Shown here piece by piece: positions 54,682 to 63,276 of a DNA stretch of 64,000 nucleotides. The position numbers and the translations under genes were made by a program. Origin of the DNA: an uncultured Chloroflexia bacterium. Its GTDB lineage: Bacteria > Chloroflexota > Limnocylindria > Limnocylindrales > CSP1-4. The notes below the pieces were generated by a model that made no database searches, had not been told where the DNA came from, and saw nothing but the letters and a program-made list of their open reading frames with translations. Positions within the stretch are counted from its first letter, which is position 1; each line of letters starts with the position of its first letter. The stretch spans positions 157,599-221,598 of the forward strand of contig CAWCVO010000002.1 in NCBI GenBank assembly GCA_963798955.1, in the 5' to 3' direction.

Positions 54682-56463
54682 TTGTGTTGCGGGCGGGCAC
54701 CGAAAGCATTGACACCGCCGGGAGTCCTGCAAACATGGGTTTCCGAAGCCGACAGAGGGGACACGGCCATTACTACCGCAGCACGGGCAGTGGCACTCGA
54801 GCTACGCGCCCTGGGCGCCGAGTGCTTCTTCATGATGACGGGGCGCGACAACCTCCTGTGGATCGCCCTGCAGGAGACCGAGATCCGCCAGATCCTGGCG
54901 CGCAGCGAGGCCGCTGCCGTGTACATGGCGGACGCGTACGCGCGCCTGAACGGTCGGCCGACCTTCGTGTACGGCGCCTATGGGCCGGGCGCGGCGAACG
55001 TCGCTGGGGCACTGGCCGAACCGTACTGGTCGTCAAGTCCGGTGGTGGCGCTGACCTCGACGATGCGCCGCTCAGAGCGCTTCCGCAAGGAATACCAGGA
55101 AATCGACCAGGTGGGCATGTTTGCGCCTGTAACGAGGTGGGCCGTCGAGGCGTCGGCAGCAAACCAGGTGCCGCGGCTCATCCGCGAGGCCGCGCGACAC
55201 ACCATCATCGGCACACCCGGACCCGTATACCTGGGCATCCCCGGTGACGCGTTCGAGGAGGAGATCCCGAACTACCAGGAACCGGCGCCGCGCGATCCGC
55301 TCCGGATGCCCCTGGCGCGCCCCACGGTGACCAGCGCCGACGCGGACAAGGTCGTGGAGCTTCTCGCCGGCGCCAGCCGGCCCGTCATCCTGGCCGGCAA
55401 CGGCGTCCACCAGTCACGCGCCTACGAGTCGCTGCGCACGGTCGCCGAGCGGCTGGGCGTTCCCGTGGCAACGAGCAGCGCGGGCAAGGGCAGCATCTCC
55501 GAGGCGCACCAACTGGCCCTCGGGACGGTTGGGCGCTACTCGCGCAACTATGCCAACGCTGCGGTGCGCGACGCGGACGTGGTCCTCGCCATCGGCACCG
55601 CGTTGGGCGGACTCGTCACCGATTCGTACAAGTTGATCAGGCCCGAGGCCAAGCTGATCCACGTGACGATGGATCCGGAGGTCATCGGCCTGAACTTCCC
55701 AACCAAACTCGGCCTGGTGGCCGATGCGCGCGCCTTCCTCGACGCTCTCGTCGAAGCCTGCGACCGACTCAATGTCGATCGATCCGGCAGCTCGACTGCG
55801 TACCTCGACGGGCTGGCGCATGCGCGTCGAGCGTGGCGCGATCGGCGCGCCGGCCTGGCTGCCAGCGATGGCGCCGATGGCCGGCCGATGCGACCCGAGG
55901 CAATCATGGCGGTGATCGAGGAGCAGATGGCCGACGATGCCATCCTGGTCGCAGACACCGGTTACTCGGCGGCGTGGGCCGGCGCCCTGGCCGAGACCAG
56001 GACGGCGGGTCGCAACTTCCTGCGCTCCGACGGCTCACTGGGCTTTGCCTTCCCCGGCGCGCTCGGGGCCCAGATCGCGGAACCGGACCGGCAGGTGATC
56101 TGCGTCACCGGCGACGGTGGCTTCGGCTACAACATCGGCGAGCTGGAGACGGCCCTGCGCTTCGACCTGCCCGTCGTGGTCGTCATCCTCAACAACCAGA
56201 CGCTGGCCTTCGAGGCCCATGTGCAGACGTTGCTGTACGGCCACCTGGTGCCCGAGGTGAACGACTTCCGCGACGTCGATTACGGCCAGATCGCATGTGC
56301 CTTCGGCGTGCGCGGCTACCGCGTGCGGAGTGCCAGGGAGTTCAGCGAGGCGTTCGCCATCGCGCTCGAACGACGCGGTCCGACGATCATCGACGCGGTC
56401 ATCGACCGCGAGGCGCTGGGGCCGGTGACACGCTACGACCGTGTTCGTGTGCGTGAGCTATGA
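54682..56463 (+). CDS. thiamine-diphosphate-dependent enzyme (acetolactate synthase / benzoylformate decarboxylase family)
   Basis: N-terminal Pyr domain and C-terminal PP domain with the ThDP-binding motif GDGGFGYNIGELETA…NN. The start is uncertain. Confidence 0.8.
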   Translation: MCCGRAPKALTPPGVLQTWVSEADRGDTAITTAARAVALELRALGAECFFMMTGRDNLLWIALQETEIRQILARSEAAAVYMADAYARLNGRPTFVYGAYGPGAANVAGALAEPYWSSSPVVALTSTMRRSERFRKEYQEIDQVGMFAPVTRWAVEASAANQVPRLIREAARHTIIGTPGPVYLGIPGDAFEEEIPNYQEPAPRDPLRMPLARPTVTSADADKVVELLAGASRPVILAGNGVHQSRAYESLRTVAERLGVPVATSSAGKGSISEAHQLALGTVGRYSRNYANAAVRDADVVLAIGTALGGLVTDSYKLIRPEAKLIHVTMDPEVIGLNFPTKLGLVADARAFLDALVEACDRLNVDRSGSSTAYLDGLAHARRAWRDRRAGLAASDGADGRPMRPEAIMAVIEEQMADDAILVADTGYSAAWAGALAETRTAGRNFLRSDGSLGFAFPGALGAQIAEPDRQVICVTGDGGFGYNIGELETALRFDLPVVVVILNNQTLAFEAHVQTLLYGHLVPEVNDFRDVDYGQIACAFGVRGYRVRSAREFSEAFAIALERRGPTIIDAVIDREALGPVTRYDRVRVREL

Positions 56464-57458
56464 CGACCCTCGCCCCAGATATCCATGTAGCCCCAGCACC
56501 TGACATCGAGACGGTCAGGGCGCTGGCCGCCCGCTGTACCAACTGGGGAAGGTGGGGCGCCGACGACGAACTCGGGACGCTCAATCACATTCGACCCGAG
56601 GATGTCGCGGCGGCTGCCGGCCTCGTGAAGTCGGGGCGCACCTTCTCGCTGTCGATCCCGCTCGACGAGAACGGGCCGCAGACCGGCGGCTTCGGTCGCT
56701 TCAATCCCATCCACCTGATGATCCGCGACGGCAACGCAGCCGCCACCGGCACTGTCGTGCGCGACTTTTACGGTGGCCGCGACCGATGGATCCGCGGCAC
56801 GGACGACCTGCTGATCCTGCCCCTCCAGTCAGGCACCCAGTGGGACTCGCTCGCGCACATCGTCTTCGAGAATCACATCTACAACGGCTACGACGCGACC
56901 ACCGTCGGCGGCAAGGGGGCGCTGCGCAACGACATCGCCAAGGCCGGCGACAAGGTCGTCGGCCGCGGCGTCCTGCTGGACGTGCCGCGCAGCCTTGGTC
57001 GTGAATGGCTGGACCCGGGCGAGCAGATCCACGCGGCGGACCTCGAGGCATGCGCGCGCGCTCAGAACGTCTCGGTCGGGCGTGGCGACATCGTGCTCGT
57101 GCGCACCGGGCAGATGGCCCAATGCCGCAGCGCCGGAAGCTGGGGCAGCTATGCGGGGGGAGCCGCGCCTGGGCTCGCGCTTGATACCGCGCCGTGGATC
57201 TTCGAACGAGAGCTCGCCGCAGTCGCGACCGATACCTGGGGCCTCGAGGTGCTGCCCAACGAGACTGCAGACGTGTTCCAGCCCCTGCACATCATCCTGA
57301 TCGTCCACATGGGCCTGCTCCTGGGTGAGATATTCGACCTGGAGGCGCTCGCCGCCGACTGTGCGGCGGACAGTCGTTACGAATTCCTGATCAGCGCGGC
57401 ACCGCTGCCAATTACCGGGGGGGTTGGCTCGCCGGTGAACCCGCTGGCGATCAAGTAG
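56460..57458 (+). CDS. cyclase-family protein (kynurenine formamidase-like metal hydrolase fold)
   Basis: …HIVFENHIYNGYD… GRGDIVLVRTG… typical of Pfam Cyclase proteins. Confidence 0.8.
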   Translation: MTTLAPDIHVAPAPDIETVRALAARCTNWGRWGADDELGTLNHIRPEDVAAAAGLVKSGRTFSLSIPLDENGPQTGGFGRFNPIHLMIRDGNAAATGTVVRDFYGGRDRWIRGTDDLLILPLQSGTQWDSLAHIVFENHIYNGYDATTVGGKGALRNDIAKAGDKVVGRGVLLDVPRSLGREWLDPGEQIHAADLEACARAQNVSVGRGDIVLVRTGQMAQCRSAGSWGSYAGGAAPGLALDTAPWIFERELAAVATDTWGLEVLPNETADVFQPLHIILIVHMGLLLGEIFDLEALAADCAADSRYEFLISAAPLPITGGVGSPVNPLAIK

Positions 57459-57529
57459 TCGAGGGTGCGCGACGCGAGGGTGCTGGCGTCGCGGTCGTAG
57501 AACCAGGAATTGGCGATGGTGATCGAACG

Positions 57530-60319
57530 GTGACGGCAGAGCTGACCGAGACCCGCGAGCTGGCGGAGTTCGAGCGCTTCACGCCGGATCAGGTCGAGCA
57601 GACCATCCCTGAACGTTTCGGCCGCCAGGTTGCGAAGTTCGCCGGGCGACCGGCGGTCATCGATGGCGGCAAGACATGGACGTACGGTGAACTCGCGGCG
57701 TCCGCGGCAAAGGTGGCCGGGGCGATCGCAAGCACGCGCGCCGGAGAGCAGGCCCGGATCGGTCTGCTCGGACTGCCCGGCGCCCAGTTGGTGGCCGCCA
57801 CCCTGGGCATTCTGCAGGCGGGCGGCACCGTCGTGCCGCTGGATCCATTGTTCCCCGCCCAGCGCCTGGCATCGATCGCAATGGACGCTGAGCTCGCCCT
57901 GGTCGTGGCCGGTGATGGCCTGACCGACATGGCCCGTGGGGCGCTCGGCCAGGATCTTGAGATCCTCGACCTGGCCGGCATCCTGTCCGCCCCCGGCGCA
58001 ATGAGTGCGTCGGATGGGAGCTCACTGAAATGTGCGACGGCTCGTGATCCGGCGTACCTGCTGTACACCTCGGGTTCTACGGGCGAGCCGAAGGGCACTC
58101 TGCACAGCCATCGCCAGGTGCTGCACCGCATCCGTGTCTACACCAACGCCGTGAGCCTCGATCCCCACGACCGCGTGCTGCTGATCGCCAAGCCCACGTT
58201 CGTGGCCTGGGTCACGGTCCTCTTCGGGGCGCTGCTGAACGGCGCCGCGGCATGCATCGTCGATCTTGCGGAGGTCGGCTTTGTGGGCCTGCGCGACCTC
58301 ATCGGCGAGGAGAACGTGACCGTCACCCACTCCACACCGACCGTCTACCGTGAGTTGGTGGCGACGCTCGCGGCCGACGAACGGCTGAGCGGCGTGCGGG
58401 CTGTGGCCCTCGGTGGCGAGGAAGTACGGGTGGCCGACTTCGATGCATTCCGGCAGCACTTCGCGACGGATGCCATTTTCGTCAACGTCATGGCCTCGAC
58501 CGAATCCTCGATCGGCCTGGTGTTCGTGGCCAACGCGACGAGCACCATCGCGGGCGCTTCAATTCCAGCCGGCTTTCCGGCCGAGGCAACCGAAGTCCTG
58601 TTGCTCGATGCCAGCGGAGAGCCGGCTGAATCCGTGGGCGAAATCGCCTTCCGCAGCCGCTTCATTCCCGCCGGCTACTGGAAGCGTCCCGAGCTGACCG
58701 CCGCCACGTTCCGTCACGACGCGGCCGATCCGGACCTGGTGACCTATCGCACGGGCGACCTGGGACGGCGTCGTGACGATGGTGCGTTCGAGTTCGCCGG
58801 GCGGCGCGACCGCCAGGTCAAGGTGCGCGGCATTCGCGTCGAGATTGCCGAGGTCGAGCAGGCCCTCGCGGCCCTGCCGCAGGTGCGCCAGGTCGCGGTT
58901 GAGGCGCACGTCATGAACGGTGAGACCGAACTCGTCGCGTACCTCGAACCGTCGGGGGCTGAATGCCCAGCGCAGCACGAGCTGTCACAGGCGCTGCGCA
59001 ACCGGCTGCCCGAATACATGCTTCCGAGCGCTGCCGTGTGGCTCGATCGGCTGCCACGGACCAGCTCCAACAAGATCGACCGCCGTGCGCTGCCCGACCC
59101 GCCCGTGCCCGGCGACCCAGCGCCGGCAGCGCAGGCGCGCGATGACGTTGAGCGCCAGCTCCTCGAAATATGGGAACGCGTGCTGGCGCGCCCGGTCGGT
59201 CTCGACGACAACTTCTTCGACATCGGCGGCAACTCGCTCAAGGCGGTCCGCCTGTGCGATCGGATATGGCGCGAGATGGGCCACCGCCTGGCGCCCTCTG
59301 TTCTGCTGGGCAGTGCCAACATCGGCCTGCTGGCCGAGCAACTGCGGCAAGGCGACGGGGTCGGGCCAAACGACCTCGTGCCCGTGCAACCGGCCGGGAC
59401 ACAGCGTCCGCTGTTCATCGTGCCCGGCGCGGGGTCGCGCATCCTGTACGTGCGCAACCTGGCTGTCCACCTGGGTCTCGACCAGCCGATCTATGCCCTG
59501 CACCAGCCCCCGAGCGGCCGGGACGGCCATGTCGAGCGACGCGTCGAGGACCTCGCCGCACATTACGTCACGGCGTTGCGCAAGGTTCAGCCGCACGGGC
59601 CGTACGATCTGGTGGGCATCTCATTTGGTGGCGTGGTGGCCTTTGAGGTCGCCCAGCAGCTGCTTGCCGCGGGGCAACAGGTCGGACTGCTGGCGCTGAT
59701 CGACAGCCGCCACCCCGCGCAACCGCAGAGGCACCGGAGCCTCCGGCCGCGGGCGCTGGCGCGTCGCGTCGGCAACCAGGCCGGCATCGTCCGCCGGTTA
59801 GGCCCGCGACGCGGCGCTGCATACCTGAGTGGTCGTTTGCGAATTCAGTGGACCAACTCGCTCGAAGCCGTACGGGAGAGGCTTGGGTCGCGCCTGCCCG
59901 GTTGGCTGGGCGGCGTGGTCCGTGACCCGTCACTGCAGTCCGAGCGCGACTGGCTCGAGGCCGATGGACGGGCGTTTGACCGCTATCAAACCGCGTCCTA
60001 CCCGGGCCGGATCACCTTCTTGTGGGCCGAACACAGCCCAACGCCGCCCGAGCATCGCTACTGGGCCGAGTTGGCGGCCGGCGGCTTCGATCCGCGAGGG
60101 GTGCCGGGTGGCCACTTCACCGCATTGGTCGAGCCGCTGGTCGGTATCACCGCCGGGGTGCTGAGAGATGCACTCGCCGAGGCGAGATCGACCGGTGCGC
60201 ACGGCAATGCCCTGGATCGGCCCGTCAATCAGCGAACGACGACGAGCGGGGCGCCGTACGCAATGGCGGCGAGCGCGCAGATCGGCAGCGGCCCGGACAC
60301 GCGCTCACCTGTACTGTAG
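57530..60319 (+). CDS. NRPS-like tridomain synthetase: adenylation, PCP, thioesterase (A-T-TE, no condensation domain)
   Basis: A3 LLYTSGSTGEPKG, A7 YRTGDLG, A8 GRRDRQVKVRGIRVEIAEVE, A10 SSNKIDRRAL, PCP FFDIGGNSLKAV, TE GISFGG. Confidence 0.85.
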   Translation: MTAELTETRELAEFERFTPDQVEQTIPERFGRQVAKFAGRPAVIDGGKTWTYGELAASAAKVAGAIASTRAGEQARIGLLGLPGAQLVAATLGILQAGGTVVPLDPLFPAQRLASIAMDAELALVVAGDGLTDMARGALGQDLEILDLAGILSAPGAMSASDGSSLKCATARDPAYLLYTSGSTGEPKGTLHSHRQVLHRIRVYTNAVSLDPHDRVLLIAKPTFVAWVTVLFGALLNGAAACIVDLAEVGFVGLRDLIGEENVTVTHSTPTVYRELVATLAADERLSGVRAVALGGEEVRVADFDAFRQHFATDAIFVNVMASTESSIGLVFVANATSTIAGASIPAGFPAEATEVLLLDASGEPAESVGEIAFRSRFIPAGYWKRPELTAATFRHDAADPDLVTYRTGDLGRRRDDGAFEFAGRRDRQVKVRGIRVEIAEVEQALAALPQVRQVAVEAHVMNGETELVAYLEPSGAECPAQHELSQALRNRLPEYMLPSAAVWLDRLPRTSSNKIDRRALPDPPVPGDPAPAAQARDDVERQLLEIWERVLARPVGLDDNFFDIGGNSLKAVRLCDRIWREMGHRLAPSVLLGSANIGLLAEQLRQGDGVGPNDLVPVQPAGTQRPLFIVPGAGSRILYVRNLAVHLGLDQPIYALHQPPSGRDGHVERRVEDLAAHYVTALRKVQPHGPYDLVGISFGGVVAFEVAQQLLAAGQQVGLLALIDSRHPAQPQRHRSLRPRALARRVGNQAGIVRRLGPRRGAAYLSGRLRIQWTNSLEAVRERLGSRLPGWLGGVVRDPSLQSERDWLEADGRAFDRYQTASYPGRITFLWAEHSPTPPEHRYWAELAAGGFDPRGVPGGHFTALVEPLVGITAGVLRDALAEARSTGAHGNALDRPVNQRTTTSGAPYAMAASAQIGSGPDTRSPVL

Positions 60320-60358
60320 CCAGCGGCCGGCAAGATCGGCCTGGCTCATTGCGGCGGG

Positions 60359-62698
60359 TCAGCAGGTCTGCACTGTGAACGCGGTCACGGCCGACGACGT
60401 GCTGACGTTGCCGTGCACGTCCGTGGCCCTGACACTCAGGCTCACGACGTAGGACGCGGTCCCCGGGATCGGCAGCCAGGCGATGGTATCCGTGGCAGTG
60501 CTCAGTGTGACCCGGTAGACGCCCGCGGACAGGGCCATCGCAACGCTGACGAGCGGTGTGCTGTTTTGGCGTTGATAGCGCAGCACGACGTTCTTCACGC
60601 CGGATGGGTCGACGACCCGCACCGAGACGACCACCGACTGGCCGAGTCCGGTGGTCGGGTCGCAGGTGGGCGCCGCGGTTACCCCGATCGTGTCCGGGTT
60701 CCATGACAGGCGGGTCACCCTGGGGCCGCTGGTATCGGGCGTCGGCGTCGGTGTCGGTGTGGGCGTGGGGGTGGGTCGCGCAGTCGGCCTGGGCGACGGT
60801 CGCGGCGTTGGTCTGGCCGTCGGCGGCGCCGTCGGAGTGGGCGTGGCGGTCGGAGGTACGCCAGGCGTGGCGGTGGGGAGCGTGGTCGGTGTTCCGCAAA
60901 CAGCGCCGATCGCACAGGGCGTTACGCCGGGCGAGCCGACCGGCTCACTCGCCCGCGGCGACTCACAGGACACCCCGGCGGGACATGGGGAGACCGCGAG
61001 ACCCTGGCTCTGGTCCGGACAACCCGTGACGACAGCGATGCCCGATGGGCAGTTCGGGGTCGGCGCCGGAGAAAGCATCGCGGACGCAGACGGATAAGGG
61101 CACGACGTCTGCTGGCCGGCCGCGTTAGCCGTGACACAAGGCTCGAATGCAGACGGCCCTTGACTGGCCGACGGCGTAGGCGTTCTCGGCAAGCCGCCCC
61201 ACACGACCACGGTGGTGAGCGCGATGGCCAGCCCAACGAGGAGGATCGGCCGGCGCAACCGCGGCCGGGACAGGGTCACCCGCGATGCCGGAGGTACCAC
61301 CCGCGCGATAGGGCGAGACAGTGGCGGCGGGAGCGCCCGCCGCTTGGGCTTCGAGCGGCGTGGTGGTTCGCCCTTGCCGGTCTCCATTCGCGCCGCGGCA
61401 TCTGCTGGTGCCTCCACCTCATCGAACAAGCCGGCCGCCGGCTCATCGAGAGTGGCGACGGCGCCGGTCGCTCGCCTGCCTGCGAACGCATTGAGCGGAG
61501 CGTCAAGGGCACCACTCGTCCATAGCCGCTCGAGCCGCCGCGCCGCCGAGCGAGGAACGCGTAGGAAGAACGAGCGGACGGGATGGGCGACGCGCAGGAC
61601 GGCCAGGTCCCACGTCACGTATTGAGGAGTCAGGCGGAGTGCTCCCCGCTCGCGTGTGACAAGCAGTGGCCGGGCGGCATTGCGCGCGCTCGTGGCCAAT
61701 CGCTCGCGAGGCACGAACGGATCCTCAGGTGCTTGCCGCTCGAGGGGTGTCGGCACGTCGCCCGCCACCACCGCGTCGACCAGCGTTAGCTCGGCGGGCA
61801 GGCCAAACCGTGCGGCGATCGGCCGAAGATGCGCCCACGTTGCCCGGAGGCGGTCGCCGCCCGTCTCCCAGGATCCGTCCGCGAGCTGCAAGCGCGCTGT
61901 CCGTCCGAGCGTGTACAGGTCGTCCCCGAAGGCGTCCCGAGCCACGAAGAGACCGGGCCGTTGCCAGGTGAAGCGCAGTCCGTGGCCGTCGAGCGGGACC
62001 GGCCCAGGGCTGGCCACGGACACCGGACCTGTGCCGTCGCCATCTCTGCCGTCTGCAGCCTTGCATGCATGCCACGCCGCGATGACACCGGCAAGCACGA
62101 ACAGGCTCGCGACCACCAGATCGGCCTGTGTCTCGAGGAACTCGGTGCCGATCTCGAGCCGCCGGTATCTTGGTCGCACGAGCAGGCCCGGGGAACTGCG
62201 CCGCTCGGCGACCAGCATGACCGCCGGCGCATACGTGACCGCGAACCGGCGCGCCAGGGCCCAGCCGTCGAGACCATCCGCGAATGCGTTGACATGAGTC
62301 GAATACCCGCGCAGCTCGGCACCGGTGGGCAGCCGGCGGCGCAGAGCCGACCGTTCAGCGAGGGCGTCCCGTGCGAGCCGGGTGGCGATGCCGGCCTGAA
62401 GCCTGCGCGGCGGCGTAGCGACTTCGGCGTGCGGACTGTCGACCGTCCAGACGGCCCCCGAGGCGACGATCCGCGCGTTCTCGTCGAAGGCGAAGCGTCG
62501 CAGTGCCCGGGTGGGAACGACGCGATCGATCAGGTCCTGGAAGTCGACTGTACCGCCGCGCAGCCAGACCGCGTACTCCTGCTCCAGGCCGGCGATCGCG
62601 GCCGGCCGCCTGGGTTGGCCCGCAGCGGACGCGAAGAAGCCACGGAAGACGGCATCGGGATCGTGCCGGAGGCGCCGGGCTGCCGGCGCAATAGCCAT
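60359..62698 (-). CDS. large membrane-anchored hypothetical protein: cytoplasmic N-terminal domain (~470 aa), one TM helix, Cys-rich segment, Pro/Thr linker, C-terminal Ig-like beta domain
   Basis: TM helix PILLVGLAIALTTVVVWGG, (TP)n linker and a beta-rich C-terminus. The N-domain has a GLEQEYAVW motif faintly resembling carboxylate-amine ligases, which is not confirmed. Confidence 0.6.
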   Translation of the reverse strand: MAIAPAARRLRHDPDAVFRGFFASAAGQPRRPAAIAGLEQEYAVWLRGGTVDFQDLIDRVVPTRALRRFAFDENARIVASGAVWTVDSPHAEVATPPRRLQAGIATRLARDALAERSALRRRLPTGAELRGYSTHVNAFADGLDGWALARRFAVTYAPAVMLVAERRSSPGLLVRPRYRRLEIGTEFLETQADLVVASLFVLAGVIAAWHACKAADGRDGDGTGPVSVASPGPVPLDGHGLRFTWQRPGLFVARDAFGDDLYTLGRTARLQLADGSWETGGDRLRATWAHLRPIAARFGLPAELTLVDAVVAGDVPTPLERQAPEDPFVPRERLATSARNAARPLLVTRERGALRLTPQYVTWDLAVLRVAHPVRSFFLRVPRSAARRLERLWTSGALDAPLNAFAGRRATGAVATLDEPAAGLFDEVEAPADAAARMETGKGEPPRRSKPKRRALPPPLSRPIARVVPPASRVTLSRPRLRRPILLVGLAIALTTVVVWGGLPRTPTPSASQGPSAFEPCVTANAAGQQTSCPYPSASAMLSPAPTPNCPSGIAVVTGCPDQSQGLAVSPCPAGVSCESPRASEPVGSPGVTPCAIGAVCGTPTTLPTATPGVPPTATPTPTAPPTARPTPRPSPRPTARPTPTPTPTPTPTPDTSGPRVTRLSWNPDTIGVTAAPTCDPTTGLGQSVVVSVRVVDPSGVKNVVLRYQRQNSTPLVSVAMALSAGVYRVTLSTATDTIAWLPIPGTASYVVSLSVRATDVHGNVSTSSAVTAFTVQTC
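60715..60900. repeat. GT-rich microsatellite-like low-complexity DNA, (GGYGTS)n, encoding the Pro/Thr linker on the minus strand
   Basis: ggcgtcggcgtcggtgtcggtgtgggcgtgggggtgggt… read directly from the sequence. Confidence 0.5.
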
Positions 62699-62734
62699 GC
62701 TGGTTCGGGAGCGGGGACCGGAGCTCCCGGCTGG

Positions 62735-62944
62735 CTAGGGCTTGGGGGGCTCCTTGCGACTGATCAGGTCCTCGGCAGTCCGAAGCGGTGCCCCGCCACC
62801 GGCTTGCGACGTGCCGCCCGTGAGGGCGCTGTCGGACGCGGTGGCCGCCGCGCTGGCCACACTGGGAGCACGCGTGAGGACATCATTGGGCACCGCTCTG
62901 GTGACTGGCGACGGCGCCTGCAATTCCATGCCCTTCTCACCCAT
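62735..62944 (-). CDS. small protein (69 aa), MGEKGME… paralogue 2
   Basis: GGAGGT ribosome-binding site with a 6-nt spacer. The first 30 nt are near-identical to the neighbouring small ORF. Confidence 0.5.
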   Translation of the reverse strand: MGEKGMELQAPSPVTRAVPNDVLTRAPSVASAAATASDSALTGGTSQAGGGAPLRTAEDLISRKEPPKP

Positions 62945-62957
62945 CTCGTGACCTCCC

Positions 62958-63167
62958 TCAGCCGAACAGTTTGTGGATGCCCAACGGATCGAGGACATCC
63001 TCGACGATCTCGCCCACGTCCGGCCCAGATGAGGGCGGCTGCGGCTGGTTGGGCGGCCCGCTGTTTGCGAGCGGCGTGCCCATCGCCGCCAGATCAGCCT
63101 CGTGCTGAGCTGGCGCCACAGCCACGTGTTCGCTCGACCCGCCGGTGTCCATTCCCTTCTCGCCCAT
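62958..63167 (-). CDS. small protein (69 aa), MGEKGMD… paralogue 1
   Basis: GGAGGT ribosome-binding site with a 5-nt spacer. It shares the start motif and is exactly the same length as paralogue 2. Confidence 0.5.
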   Translation of the reverse strand: MGEKGMDTGGSSEHVAVAPAQHEADLAAMGTPLANSGPPNQPQPPSSGPDVGEIVEDVLDPLGIHKLFG

Positions 63168-63276
63168 CACGGACCTCCACACCAAGGCGCCGAGTGCATC
63201 GGATCTGGAACCCGGCACGATCATACCAATGCGTGATTCGCCTACCTGCACGCCGACGGCGTGCGCGGCCGTCGGG

